Positions 1 through 10,158 of a stretch of 64,000 bases of DNA are shown piece after piece. A program made the translations under genes and the position numbers. This stretch comes from Pelagomonas calceolata (taxonomy: Eukaryota), in the NCBI GenBank assembly GCA_918797485.1, contig CAKKNE010000006.1, positions 930,001-994,000 on the forward strand, read 5' to 3'. A model generated the notes under the pieces. The model saw only the letters and a list, made by a program, of their open reading frames with translations. It had not been told where the DNA came from and made no database searches. Each line of letters opens with the position of its first letter. The stretch's first letter is position 1.

Positions 1-1948
1 CGGGCGCGCCGGCATCCATCGCGAGCCGCGCCGCCGCCACGGCGTCCAATGCTCGTTCGATGCCAACCTCGAGCAGCTCGAGGGGCGCGAACGACGACGC
101 TAGTGATGAGGCACCATATTGAGCAGATGCGCCGTCGAAGAGCCACCTTATAAAAGCCGAGGGCCGCGCTATGCCTCTCCTCAACAGCGCGTCCACGTAC
201 AAGACGACGTGCTGCGGCGACCCTCCCAATGAACTGACGACGCCGTCAAATAAAGCCCGCTCGACGGGCTCATCATCATAGCAGCAGTTCCGCAGAGCAA
301 TCGCTAACTGGGCATCGTCCAGAGGTGCCAATAAATGAGTTAAAGAAGACGTATGGGAGCATAGAGCTCGGATCGCCGCCTTCGCGCGCGCAGCGTCGTC
401 GTCCAAAGTGGCAAATTTGATCGCGACCATCGTCCGATCCGCACCGTCGTCGGGCGGGTCGACGGCCCGAGCTAACTCTCCTAGATCAGCCCGCCGCGCC
501 AATTCTTCGGGCGTGTTCTCGTCAAAATCTACGGAGGATAAGCCTAGAGGTAGTAACGCGTGCAGTTTCTCCGGTAAGGCCACTTTCAATCTGTCCAAAT
601 AAGCTAGCCGGCAGCACCTTTCCAAGACTTCTCGCACGAATCTTTTTTGGGCATCATCATCATCTTCATCCACAACAGCGGTCCAGTAGTCCCAGTAGGG
701 CCAGACGAACTTCGTGTTCGACAAATAATGAGCAAATAACAACGCGATGCGACGCTGCTGCAAGGGCGTCGGCGCGTCGTCGTCGTCTAAGGCTCGAAAA
801 AACAACTCGATGGCGGTCGCAAATTGGGGCGCAAATTTCGCCTCGTCCACAGCGCAGAGCTCCAGCACCGCATGCAGCACGTCGAGGAGGACTTCATCAG
901 AGTGGGAAGCGTAGCTTATCAGCGAAGCGGCGACGTCTTTTAACGAGTCGGCAGGTAACGCTTCACCTATTGCCGCCAACTGCTTGGCCACGTCACTCTT
1001 GCTGCCGACCACAATCCCGTCCCAGCGCGCGCCGGGTTTAAATGCTTCTACTACGTCCGGGACTAACGAGAGGAGCAGGGGATCTTCGCACTGGAGAGCA
1101 GGCCAATTTCCATCAAAATCCGGCATGGTAAAGTCGTTGTCCGGTAACGAGGCCCGCGCGTCGCAGTCCACATCAATTTGACCGAGCGGGGCGTCGACGG
1201 CTCCTTTTTTGAGAGTAGAGACGGCTAAACTGATTAAACCATCACCTTTCAGAGAAACTAGACGCGGCGCAACCACCGCATCGGGCAGGCCGCCCCGCAA
1301 CAACGCCGCCGCGAGCAAGGCACCGTCCAACTTAGCTAAAATAGCGTCGAGGCTGGCGAGATCCGCAACGCCCACAGCACCGAGCCGACATAAGTAAGTA
1401 AGGGCGTTCGCCGCCGCGTGCCGATTCTTAGCGTCGCAGTTCTTCGCGAAGCGGTCGTAGGCCGCCTCGACGAACAATGGTGCTGTTGTCGAATCATGAC
1501 CCACGAGTAGCGCGGCGACGGACGCGTAGGCCCCCGCGCCCAGCGGCGACGCCTGGGCCACGAGCGCCAGCTGCGCCGCCACCACGCGCGGCCGCTCGCC
1601 CAGCTCCTTCTGGGCGACGGCGGCGCTCAGTGCTTTGAGGTTGTCTTGCAGAGGCACTGATGAATCAGTCGTCCGCCGGGCGTGGACGTCGGCGACTCTT
1701 GTTAAAAGCTGGACGAGGCGCTGGGAGCCCGCGCCGCCGATGGGCGTCGGGGCCGGCGGCGGCGGCCGCGCGGGCCGGTCGCGCCGGCCGCCGCCGCCTC
1801 CATCAAAGCGGCGGCGCTTGTGCCGGCCGTGGTCGCCGCGGCGGTGGTCGTCCCGGCCGCGCCGCCGCCGGTCGCCGCGGTGCCGGTCCCGGTCTCGCCG
1901 GTCATAGCGGTCGCGCTCGTCGCGGCCGCTGGAGAGAGGGCCGTCCAT
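1..1948 (-). CDS. NCBP1: Nuclear cap-binding protein subunit 1 (CBP80), 3'-partial (runs off window start)
   Basis: Not in the ORF track because there is no stop in the window. Manual translation from ATG 1948 gives an Arg/Asp-rich N-terminus, then 'FAHYLSNTKFVWPYWDYW' and 'KRFVREVLERCCRLAYLDRLKVALP', which match the conserved CBP80 MIF4G-like segments (FSHHLSNFQFRWSWEDW; KFVREVLEKCMRLSY). Confidence 0.85.
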   Translation of the reverse strand, partial: MDGPLSSGRDERDRYDRRDRDRHRGDRRRRGRDDHRRGDHGRHKRRRFDGGGGGRRDRPARPPPPAPTPIGGAGSQRLVQLLTRVADVHARRTTDSSVPLQDNLKALSAAVAQKELGERPRVVAAQLALVAQASPLGAGAYASVAALLVGHDSTTAPLFVEAAYDRFAKNCDAKNRHAAANALTYLCRLGAVGVADLASLDAILAKLDGALLAAALLRGGLPDAVVAPRLVSLKGDGLISLAVSTLKKGAVDAPLGQIDVDCDARASLPDNDFTMPDFDGNWPALQCEDPLLLSLVPDVVEAFKPGARWDGIVVGSKSDVAKQLAAIGEALPADSLKDVAASLISYASHSDEVLLDVLHAVLELCAVDEAKFAPQFATAIELFFRALDDDDAPTPLQQRRIALLFAHYLSNTKFVWPYWDYWTAVVDEDDDDAQKRFVREVLERCCRLAYLDRLKVALPEKLHALLPLGLSSVDFDENTPEELARRADLGELARAVDPPDDGADRTMVAIKFATLDDDAARAKAAIRALCSHTSSLTHLLAPLDDAQLAIALRNCCYDDEPVERALFDGVVSSLGGSPQHVVLYVDALLRRGIARPSAFIRWLFDGASAQYGASSLASSFAPLELLEVGIERALDAVAAARLAMDAGAP

Positions 1949-2224
1949 TGCTGCTTTTAGCTACCAAACTTGATTGCCGCTTGTTGAGCAGCAGTTTTCA
2001 AGAGTAGGCGAGCTAGGGCCCAGCCTTAGACGATAGAGGCACTAGGCCTCTCCCAAAGGCAGAACGGTGGACTTCTGCCACGTTTCTGTACGATGAGAGA
2101 GCTATGCTTACGTTTACTTGCTTTTGTCTGCCAAGCAAGCCACTGCCCAGCCTCTCAGTGCTTGGCAAAAGGAGTCAGAGCAGCAGACGCACACACATCG
2201 AAGCACAAGTAAGACGTGTGAAGG

Positions 2225-2726
2225 ATGCGGACCGTCATCGGTGCATTGCTGCTTTCTGGCGTCGCCGGTCTTGCCCCCGCCCAGCAGCACAAAAAACTCA
2301 AGTTAGCAGCAGCACCTCTGCTGCCGGCCATCCTACCGTCCGTAGCCGTGGCCGCCGCGGACAGCTACGAATACGGAAGCGCACGACTCCAGCGTCTTCT
2401 TCACGAAATTTCGTCGACGGTCGCGCCCGACCGGCCCCGGGCGCGACGCCCGACCGACGCCGCGGCTTCTCACAGACCAACGCGCGCAGGTCGCGGCCCC
2501 GGACTGGGTGCTGCCCGCGGGGGCGGTCCTCGCCATCGCGACGGCGCTGCTGCCGCTCGCGCGCGCCCGTGCCTCAATCGACCGCTTCTCGCCGCGGGCC
2601 GCCCGCGCGTCGAGAGTTGCGATGCCCACGCAGGCCCTCAAGGACGGCGAGGAGGCGGCCGAGGAGATCTTCCAGCAGGACGAGAGCGTCCGGTCGCTCG
2701 ACTCGCGCAAGAACCGGCGCGTCTAG
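2225..2726 (+). CDS. Small plastid-targeted single-pass membrane protein, 3 exons
   Basis: Proposed join(2225..2380,2490..2558,2634..2726) with two GC-AG introns. The product has a signal peptide plus transit/thylakoid-like presequence, then 'ADSYEYGSVAAPDWVLPAGAVLAIATALLPLALKDGEEAAEEIFQQ'. Intron 2 is in-frame without a stop, so it is less certain. Confidence 0.6.
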
Positions 2727-2741
2727 GGTCCTAACGTTCGC

Positions 2742-3806
2742 TTACTCGTCCCCGGGGTTCAACCGCACGGCGACGGTGACGCTCGCGTCGTCCGCGTCTT
2801 CACCACTCTCGAACGCCAGCGCGGCCGTCTCGACGAGCGCCGAGCCCGCGGCGAAGGACGGCTCCAGCAGCGCCGCGAGGGGCACCGTCGCCGCGGCGAG
2901 GACCGCGAGCGCCTCCGGTTCCTCCGGCGCGGCCGCGGGCGTGGCCCTGAGCACGGAGACGAGCAGTCCCGACAATTTCAAACCGTCGCGGACCGCGGCG
3001 ACCGCCGGCACCTCGAGCGCGACCTCGACCGGCATCGAACTTTCCGCGTCGGGCGCCGGCGGCGCGACCGGCGCCGCGCGCCAGGGGAGCCGCCGCGTCC
3101 GCCGCGCCGTCGCCGGCGGCGCGCCCACGACCATGAGTTCGACGAAGACGCCCTCCTCCTCCGGGCCCGCCTCGTCCGCCGCCGTCGGTGGCGCGCCGCT
3201 CAGGCCCAGGAGCGCGCGCAGCGCGACGTGGATTGTGATCGTAGTGTCGTCGCCGTCGGCGGCGTCGACCGGCGCGACCTCCGCGTCGTCGAGCCGCGCG
3301 AGCTGCGGCAGGCCAAACGCGACCCGCTTTCGGTAGTTCGGAAGCAGCGCGCAGGGGTTGCCGGTCAGGACGCACTGCCTCAGGTGCATGCACCCGCCGA
3401 GCGCGTCGACGGTCACATCCAGCGACGTCAGCGCGTTGTAGGCGCCGTCGAAGCACTCGAGCCGCGGGCACCGCTCGCCGAGGGTCCGCGGCAGTGCCTC
3501 GATCTGGTTATACCCGACGCCCAGGAACCGCAGGTTCTCGAAGCGGGGCAGCGACACCAGCGACGCGAGGCGGTTCGAGTAGATCGACAGCGTCTCCATG
3601 GCGGCGTGGTCGCCGCCCTCGAAGGCCTCGATCTCGTTGTCGCCCACGTCCAAGTGCCGGAGGGCCGCGAGGTCGCCGAGGGCCGGGCCGAGCTTGCTAA
3701 GGCGCCGGTGGCGCGCCTCGATGGTCTCACGCTTGCAGTCCTTGCGCCAGCGCCGCTCTCCATCGTAGTCGTCGGCGTCCGGCGGCTGGGGGAAGACCAG
3801 GGCCAT
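2742..3806 (-). CDS. Leucine-rich repeat protein, LRRC43-like
   Basis: LxxLxLxxNxI repeats, LRR cap 'LTGNPCALLPNYRKRVAFGLPQLARLDD' resembling LRRC43. First ATG at 3806. Confidence 0.75.
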   Translation of the reverse strand: MALVFPQPPDADDYDGERRWRKDCKRETIEARHRRLSKLGPALGDLAALRHLDVGDNEIEAFEGGDHAAMETLSIYSNRLASLVSLPRFENLRFLGVGYNQIEALPRTLGERCPRLECFDGAYNALTSLDVTVDALGGCMHLRQCVLTGNPCALLPNYRKRVAFGLPQLARLDDAEVAPVDAADGDDTTITIHVALRALLGLSGAPPTAADEAGPEEEGVFVELMVVGAPPATARRTRRLPWRAAPVAPPAPDAESSMPVEVALEVPAVAAVRDGLKLSGLLVSVLRATPAAAPEEPEALAVLAAATVPLAALLEPSFAAGSALVETAALAFESGEDADDASVTVAVRLNPGDE

Positions 3807-3996
3807 GGGGCAGCCCGCGTGCGCCCGGGTCCGCCTCGGTCGCGGGGCTGGTGCCCTCACTGGCTTATGTTCTAGCGCCTGGGTCCGGCACGGCGCTTTC
3901 CGCTAGACAAGCGGCGCGGCGGCGCTATGGGCGGGTTCGGGTTTTGTGCGGTTCCTCCCGATGAATACAAAGGTTAGAGTACACAAACAGGCGAAC

Positions 3997-4941
3997 TTAC
4001 CCCCACGCGAGCTGGTCGACGGCGTCGAGCTCGAGCGCGCGGCACTCTTCAACAAACGCGCGCGCCGCGCCCGGGTCCACCATCAAAACCCGCCCGAGCA
4101 CGACGCCGTCGAAGCCCGCGGCGGCGAGCGCGCGCACGTCCGCGAGAGACCCGCCCAACCCGCCAGCCGCGAGCGCCACGATATTCGGCGGAATTAAACC
4201 CTTGAGGCCGAGACACTGGTGCCGATGCAAGACACCCGTCGCGCGGTCCCGGTCCGAGCAGATGAGCAACGTGGCGCCGGCCTCGAGGGCGAACTGCACT
4301 TCGTTGGGGGTGTGCACTTCGACGCACCCTTCGACGCCCGCGACGGTGCACGCATCTAACAAGTCGGGGAGGGCGCCGCCCAGGATGGTCGACGAGAGCC
4401 AGACGGCGTCGGCGCCACTTTCGGCCGCGAGGGCCACCTGGATCGGGTGGACGATGAGGTCCTTGGCAAGTAAAGGGGCACTATTGTTCAGGGCCTTGGA
4501 CGCGGCCACGAGGTCCCCATCAACTCCACCCCACATTTCGGGATCCAGAGACACGCCGACGGCGTCGACGGGCCAGTCCTTGACGTCAGAGACGACGCGG
4601 CCGCAGTCGGAGTAAGACGCGAGTTCCTGGGCGCCGTTGTCGGGCCCGCCGTGCGGGCTCCTTCTCTTAATATCCGCCACGACGGCGACTTTCCGAGACA
4701 CGCCGTCGCCCCGTCTTAATGCCGCGGAGAAGCGCACGTTGCCTCGGTCCGCGACGTACCCGAGCCTCAGTCGCGCGTCCGAGTCCGGCCCGGCGTGCCG
4801 CGCGTCGAGGCGCCGCGCCTCGTCGAGCTTGCGCCGCACGGCCTCCTCGAGGTTCGCCGCCTGAAGCGGTGGTGTGCGGCGCCGCGGCGGCGCCGGCTGG
4901 AACGCCGCGGCGACGGCGAGGAGCACGATTCCTCGCTGCAT
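3997..4941 (-). CDS. trpC: Indole-3-glycerol-phosphate synthase (TrpC-like), plastid-targeted
   Basis: Motifs 'VVADIKRRSP', 'PLLAKDLIVHPIQVALAAESGADAV', 'VEVHTPNEVQFAL', 'GFDGVVLGRVLM'. Bipartite presequence 'MQRGIVLLAVAAAFQPA' is ASAFAP-like. Confidence 0.85.
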   Translation of the reverse strand: MQRGIVLLAVAAAFQPAPPRRRTPPLQAANLEEAVRRKLDEARRLDARHAGPDSDARLRLGYVADRGNVRFSAALRRGDGVSRKVAVVADIKRRSPHGGPDNGAQELASYSDCGRVVSDVKDWPVDAVGVSLDPEMWGGVDGDLVAASKALNNSAPLLAKDLIVHPIQVALAAESGADAVWLSSTILGGALPDLLDACTVAGVEGCVEVHTPNEVQFALEAGATLLICSDRDRATGVLHRHQCLGLKGLIPPNIVALAAGGLGGSLADVRALAAAGFDGVVLGRVLMVDPGAARAFVEECRALELDAVDQLAWG

Positions 4942-5132
4942 GGTGCACAGCCGCACGCTACGATAAATGACGATGAATGCGACACCCCGCGCCGCTGCAG
5001 TGCTTTGTTTGCTCCTTTGCTTGCTAGTGTGTTACTGCTAGCTGCGTGGCAGCCTCTCCCCCAACTTGTGGTCGTCATGGCCGTACGCGTGGCCCGCTCT
5101 TGCACGAAGTGATCGGGCAGCCGTAGACGACC

Positions 5133-8100
5133 ATGCGGGCGACGGTCCTCGCCCTTGCGGCGACAAGAGCGGCGACGGACTGCCCCATGAGCGTGACGGT
5201 GGACGGCACGGCGTACACCTACGACCTCGACGACCAGTGGCGGAGCGTGCGGTGGGACCTCTTCGCGGCGCGGACGATGGTAGCGGCGCTGCCGGCCATC
5301 GCCGGCGAGGGCTGTACGGAGCGGGCGTGCACGGTGGACAAGGTAGCGGAAGCGATGGTGCGGAGACGGGCGGAGTGCGACCGCGGCAACGCGGAGGTGC
5401 CCCGCATGGCGCACCGCGTGTTCGCGGACCTGCGCAACACGTCACAGGAGGCCGCCGGCGCGTTTGAGGCGTGCGTCCAGCTGAACCCGGCGTGGGAGTT
5501 TAGGGCTTGGGAGGAAGCGGACCGGTGGCGGGAGCTGGGCGGCGTCCTGCTGGACGACGGCGCCGAGTGCGTCGCGCCGTTCGGCGAGGGAGACGCGGGC
5601 GTCGGCGCGTACGCGTTCGCGGGCGGCGCCGCGGCGCCGCCGCACTTTTCCGGCGACGCGCCTCGGCGCGAGACGTACGCCGCCGTGCGGCCGGGCCCGC
5701 CGTTCCCAAGGGCGGGCGGCGCGCGGGTCGAGGCGCGGCGCGGCCCGCTGACGAAGCTCAAGGGGTTTTTCGGAAGCGCGGACCCGGCGCGCTGCGCGCA
5801 CCTCGTGCAACTGGCGGGCCCGCCGTCGACCGACCCGCGCCTCCCGGACGACGCCGCGCCGGCGGTGTGCCTGGACGACCTCGAGCCGCCCTGCGTCGTC
5901 TACAGCTTCGGGGTGGCCGACAGCTGGACCTTCGACGACTTCGCCGCCGCGCGGGGCTGCGAGGTGTTCAGCTTCGACCCCGCCATGGCCCGGCAGGGCG
6001 CCTTCCGGAGGGGCGCGCTCATTCGCTTCGAGCCCGTGGGCGTCGGCAACGAGACGCTGGCGTTTTACAACGGGTCCGACTCGACGTCGCTGTTCGGCGG
6101 CGCCGCGGCGGGGTACCCCGTCGAGACGCTCGCCGACATCATGGCGCGGCACGCGCACCCCTTCGTGGACGTGGTGCGCATGGACATCGAGGGCGCGGAG
6201 TGGCCCGTGCTCGCCGAGATGCTCCGCGGCTCCGTCCGCAGGATCGGCCAGCTGCTCCTCGAGGCGCACTTCTGGGACGAGATCCGGGACAACGCTTCGG
6301 CGTCTTCGCGCAAGGCGGTCGAGGCCCTCCCGCTGCTCGAGGCGCTGCCCCTCGGCCTCTTCGCCCACGCGGTGAATCCGTACGACGCGACGTTCCTGGA
6401 CGAGGATTTGACTCGCATCCACGAGCTCGGCCTGCGGCGGCCGCCCCCGACGCCCCGCGCCGCGACGTGGGCGGTCCTCGGCACGGGCCTCGGCGGCTTC
6501 ATCGTGGCGTCGACGGTCTCGGCCCACGCCTCGGCGGAGCTCGCGGTCGTCGGTACGCGCTCCTCCGCAAACTGCGCGGCGAAGTGGGGCCTGCCAACGT
6601 CGCACTGCGTCGGCTACAAGGAGGCCGCGACCGCTTTCGTGGACGTCGTCTCGGTGCACGTTCCCACGGCCTTTAAGATGGCGTGGGCGCTCGAAGCGTG
6701 CGTCAACGGGAGCGCGAGGGTCGTGCTCGTCGACAAGCCGTTTCCGTCGCTCGCGGCCGTCGCGGAGCTGAGGCGAGCGTGCGCGCGGCGCGGCGCCCAT
6801 GTCGCAGACGGCGCGGCCTTCCCGTACTCGACGGCGCTGTCCGAGGAACTGGGCGGGCGCCCGCGCCGCGCCTCCTACGCGTTCCACCTCGACCTGTGGC
6901 CGGAACGTCGCACGACGCGCCGCCGGCCGCTGTCCGATGCGGTCGACTACCGGGGCGCACCGGGTCGCCTCAACCCGGCGCGGGAGCCGTCGGGCATCTT
7001 CGGCGACCTGGCGTACTACGCGTTCCTCGGGCTCGGGGCTGCGCTCGGGGAGGCTTTGCCGGACGCCGTCGAGTGCCGCGCGCATCGCTTCGACGCCGAG
7101 ACGGGCGCCGCCGTCGACGTCTCCGGGAAACTGGGGGCGAATGCCACGTTCTCGGTCTCGTACGCGGCGACGCCGCGCGACGAGCTCGAGGTCCTCTTCG
7201 AGGCCGGCGGCGTGGTCGCGAGCGGAGTCGTGGGCGGGGGTGATGTTCTGGACGTCCTGCGCCACCGCTTCGCCGACGGTACGACGTCGGACGCGGTCTT
7301 TGAGCGTACCCAGCCGCGCCACGGGGCCGCGGCGAAACTCGTGGACGCGCTGTCCAAGCTGTCAATAGGCGATCGCTCATCGGCCGCGGCGCGCGGCGCC
7401 GCGAGGAGGGCGGAGCGAGCCCAGGCCCTCGTCGACGCGTGCGCGCGCTCCGCCGCGACGTACGACGGGGGCGCCGACCGCCGTGGCCTGAGCGCGGCCA
7501 TCCCGCGCGCGGCGGAGTACCTGCGCACGGGCGTCGCGGCACTCGACGCGCCTCGCCTGCCGTCCGGACTCCTCGCGGAGCTCCGGCTCGGCCTGGGCGC
7601 GGCGTTGGCACTGCGACCGCGATCCGTCGTCTACGACGACGCGCAACGGCCGAGGCTCAAGACGTCGCTTTGCTCGCGCTGGGAAGGCACGCGGCGGCCC
7701 TGTGCTGCGTTGGGTCCAAGCGCCCTCTCCACCAAGCTCGTCGACGCGATGAGGGAAAGCGTCCTGCCGGCGGCGGTCGCCGCGGTCGGCGCGCCGTGCG
7801 AGCTGCTGTCGGTCAGCGTGGACGTCGCCGGGGGGTTGAGCAGGGCGCAGCACCCGCACTGGGACCCCGTTCCCGCGCAGTGGGACGAAAAGAGTGTGCA
7901 TTATGTGTTTGTGCCCCTCGCCGACGTGGACGAGGCGAATGGCCCGCTGGAGGCGTGGCCGGCGACCTCAGATAGACGCGGCGACGCGCTCGCCGAGCTG
8001 GCGGGGAGGCCGGTCGCTGCCGCGTGGCGCCGTGGGGGCGGGCCCCTGCAGGCTTGGCCGGTGGACGACGAAGCGGAGGCGTACTTTCGGAGCGTCCCGT

Positions 8101-8234
8101 CCGCGACGCTCGTAGCGAAGGCGGGCCTCGCCTACCTCGCGCGGCCGATCGTCTGGCACCGCGGCTCGGCCAACTCGAAGTTTACGGCCCGCTTCGTCGC
8201 CACGGTCATTCTGCGAGAGATACCGGGAGGTTAA
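5133..8234 (+). CDS. Secreted multidomain protein: degenerate GT32-like segment + METTL24-type methyltransferase + Gfo/Idh/MocA oxidoreductase-like + PhyH-type 2OG-Fe(II) dioxygenase
   Basis: Signal peptide; 'CVVYSFGVADSWTFD..GCEVFSFDP', 'VDVVRMDIEGAEW'; 'WAVLGTGLGG..VLVDKP'; 'QHPHWD..FVPLADVDEANGPLEAWPAT..VWHRGSAN'. Confidence 0.75.
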   Translation: MRATVLALAATRAATDCPMSVTVDGTAYTYDLDDQWRSVRWDLFAARTMVAALPAIAGEGCTERACTVDKVAEAMVRRRAECDRGNAEVPRMAHRVFADLRNTSQEAAGAFEACVQLNPAWEFRAWEEADRWRELGGVLLDDGAECVAPFGEGDAGVGAYAFAGGAAAPPHFSGDAPRRETYAAVRPGPPFPRAGGARVEARRGPLTKLKGFFGSADPARCAHLVQLAGPPSTDPRLPDDAAPAVCLDDLEPPCVVYSFGVADSWTFDDFAAARGCEVFSFDPAMARQGAFRRGALIRFEPVGVGNETLAFYNGSDSTSLFGGAAAGYPVETLADIMARHAHPFVDVVRMDIEGAEWPVLAEMLRGSVRRIGQLLLEAHFWDEIRDNASASSRKAVEALPLLEALPLGLFAHAVNPYDATFLDEDLTRIHELGLRRPPPTPRAATWAVLGTGLGGFIVASTVSAHASAELAVVGTRSSANCAAKWGLPTSHCVGYKEAATAFVDVVSVHVPTAFKMAWALEACVNGSARVVLVDKPFPSLAAVAELRRACARRGAHVADGAAFPYSTALSEELGGRPRRASYAFHLDLWPERRTTRRRPLSDAVDYRGAPGRLNPAREPSGIFGDLAYYAFLGLGAALGEALPDAVECRAHRFDAETGAAVDVSGKLGANATFSVSYAATPRDELEVLFEAGGVVASGVVGGGDVLDVLRHRFADGTTSDAVFERTQPRHGAAAKLVDALSKLSIGDRSSAAARGAARRAERAQALVDACARSAATYDGGADRRGLSAAIPRAAEYLRTGVAALDAPRLPSGLLAELRLGLGAALALRPRSVVYDDAQRPRLKTSLCSRWEGTRRPCAALGPSALSTKLVDAMRESVLPAAVAAVGAPCELLSVSVDVAGGLSRAQHPHWDPVPAQWDEKSVHYVFVPLADVDEANGPLEAWPATSDRRGDALAELAGRPVAAAWRRGGGPLQAWPVDDEAEAYFRSVPSATLVAKAGLAYLARPIVWHRGSANSKFTARFVATVILREIPGG

Positions 8235-9959
8235 TTAACTAAACTTGCCAGTGAATGTTTCGCGAGCAAACGCCTCGAAGCGGTCGGCGAAGCCCCTCGA
8301 TCGCCGCGCCGCCCATTCCGACGAAGCGAAGCGTGCCGGCGGCGCGGGCGGATCGTACACGGCCGAGCGCGGGGCCGGCGGCGGTGGCACCAGGTCCAGG
8401 TCGCGATGCTCTACGCGGAACCCGGGCACGCAGTTTCCGTTCGCTTCGGCGGCCGCCCGCAGCGCGGCCGCGACGCACGCCAGCGTGGCGCAGGCCGGGC
8501 CGCCGTCGGGCCGTCCGAGCGGGGCCCTGATGCCCGCCGCCTCCAGCTCCCGTGCGAGTTTCCTGTCGAAGTCGTCCGCGTCGAGACCAAACACGACGCT
8601 GGCCCACTCCGTGCCGTCGACGGCCAAGTCCACCCTACACGAGAAGCCTGTGACGAGGGGCAATCGCTCGGCGACGGCATGGGAAGCGTCCGGGCCGAGC
8701 GCATCGACGACCGCCGCCTCGAGCTCCGCCGTCGGCGCCGCCGCCGCGCCCGCCGCGGCGGCGCTCACGTTCGCCGCCCGCAGCGCGAGCACCAAGGCTT
8801 CGCGGTACTGGCCGAACGCGGCCGGCGTGCCGCCCAGCAACCGACGCGGCTCGACGCGACGCTCCCCCCGGCGGTCGCGCAGCAGGAGCGTCATCCGCGC
8901 CGCGCGATCGCGGGGAGACCCGCCGCCCGCGTGCGCCGCGAAGTCCCCCGGCGCCCAGGCCAACGCCAAGCTCTGCACCCACTCGCAGTGCGTCCACTCG
9001 GTACCGCAAAATGTCAACGGCGACCAGAACGCCTGCAGCGAGCCATACGGCAATAATACGAAGCCGGCCGCGTCCGCGTCCACCGCGAGGCCGAGCGCCG
9101 TGTTGTCCCACCAGCCGCAGTCCCGGAGGAGGCACGAGTATCGCTCGGTCGCGAACGGCGCGAGCCACGCGCGGCGCAACAGGGACGACGCGCGGTCGCC
9201 GCCGCGCGTCGCTACGACGACGCCGGTGTTGAACGGTTCGCGCGCCACGAAGGTCGGGAGCGCGTCGACGGCGAGCGTGTCCTCCGCGAGTGCCAGCGCC
9301 GGGTGCGGCGTCGCCATCGAGGTGGCAACGACGTCGTCGTCGACCCAGACGATAGTTTGGTAGGCGCTGGCGCCGCTCTCCAGCAAATCGTGGAGCAGCC
9401 AGAGCTTGAGGTGGTGCGCGCTCCGGAGGGGGCTCAGCTGTCCGACAATCGCGACGCCCTCGGCCACGAGTCCCGTCCCGGACGCGTCGAGCGGGAGGAA
9501 CCCGTACCCGTGCGTTCGCGCGTAGGCCGCCCACGACGTCCACGACGCGCGGGCCACCTCCGGCCGGTCCGACGCGGAGACGACGAGGAGTCGCGTCCCG
9601 TGCACCTGGAGCGTTCCGTGCTGAAGCGGCCGCCGGCCGTCCGTCAGATTCCCGACCGACGCGACGGCGGGCCACGCCGCGGCGGCCGCTGCACCCAGAA
9701 TTACGGCCGCCGCATCGCCTCCGTTTGATTCGCAGGCCGCGGTCGGCCACGCGCATTTGACGCGTGCGCCCGCGGGCAGCGCATCCAGGAACGCCGCCGC
9801 CTCCGTCAACACGCGAGCCGGGTCCGCGAGGGTCAGGGCTCGTAGAACTCCGTCGACGTCGAACGCGAGCCGTGGACCCCTTGCACTATGCGTGCTGCCG
9901 TCCAGGTCCACTTCTACGGGCTGCCCGGCGACCGCCAGCAGCAGGCCGAACCAGCGCAT
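8235..9959 (-). CDS. Secreted GT34 (GMA12/MNN10-like) glycosyltransferase
   Basis: Signal peptide; 'AAYARTHGYGF', 'HLKLWLL', 'IVWVDDDVV' (DxD), 'FNTGVV', 'WWDNTAL', 'GDFAAHAGG'. Confidence 0.75.
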   Translation of the reverse strand: MRWFGLLLAVAGQPVEVDLDGSTHSARGPRLAFDVDGVLRALTLADPARVLTEAAAFLDALPAGARVKCAWPTAACESNGGDAAAVILGAAAAAAWPAVASVGNLTDGRRPLQHGTLQVHGTRLLVVSASDRPEVARASWTSWAAYARTHGYGFLPLDASGTGLVAEGVAIVGQLSPLRSAHHLKLWLLHDLLESGASAYQTIVWVDDDVVATSMATPHPALALAEDTLAVDALPTFVAREPFNTGVVVATRGGDRASSLLRRAWLAPFATERYSCLLRDCGWWDNTALGLAVDADAAGFVLLPYGSLQAFWSPLTFCGTEWTHCEWVQSLALAWAPGDFAAHAGGGSPRDRAARMTLLLRDRRGERRVEPRRLLGGTPAAFGQYREALVLALRAANVSAAAAGAAAAPTAELEAAVVDALGPDASHAVAERLPLVTGFSCRVDLAVDGTEWASVVFGLDADDFDRKLARELEAAGIRAPLGRPDGGPACATLACVAAALRAAAEANGNCVPGFRVEHRDLDLVPPPPAPRSAVYDPPAPPARFASSEWAARRSRGFADRFEAFARETFTGKFS

Positions 9960-10158
9960 CAGCTAGGGCAGCCATGATCCATGATGGCGCGTTGGTCGCG
10001 GGCCGCAGGCAGCCTTGGCGCACGTTTCGGTGCCTCTGGCAGCTCTTGCCAGAGACTGGCAGAGTCTGGCGTGGGCCGCGGACCGAGGGCCCGGGACGGA
10101 GATGCTTCGCGGAGTCCTAACGACGCAAGCAACTACGAAACGAGTTCATTCAAAAGGG

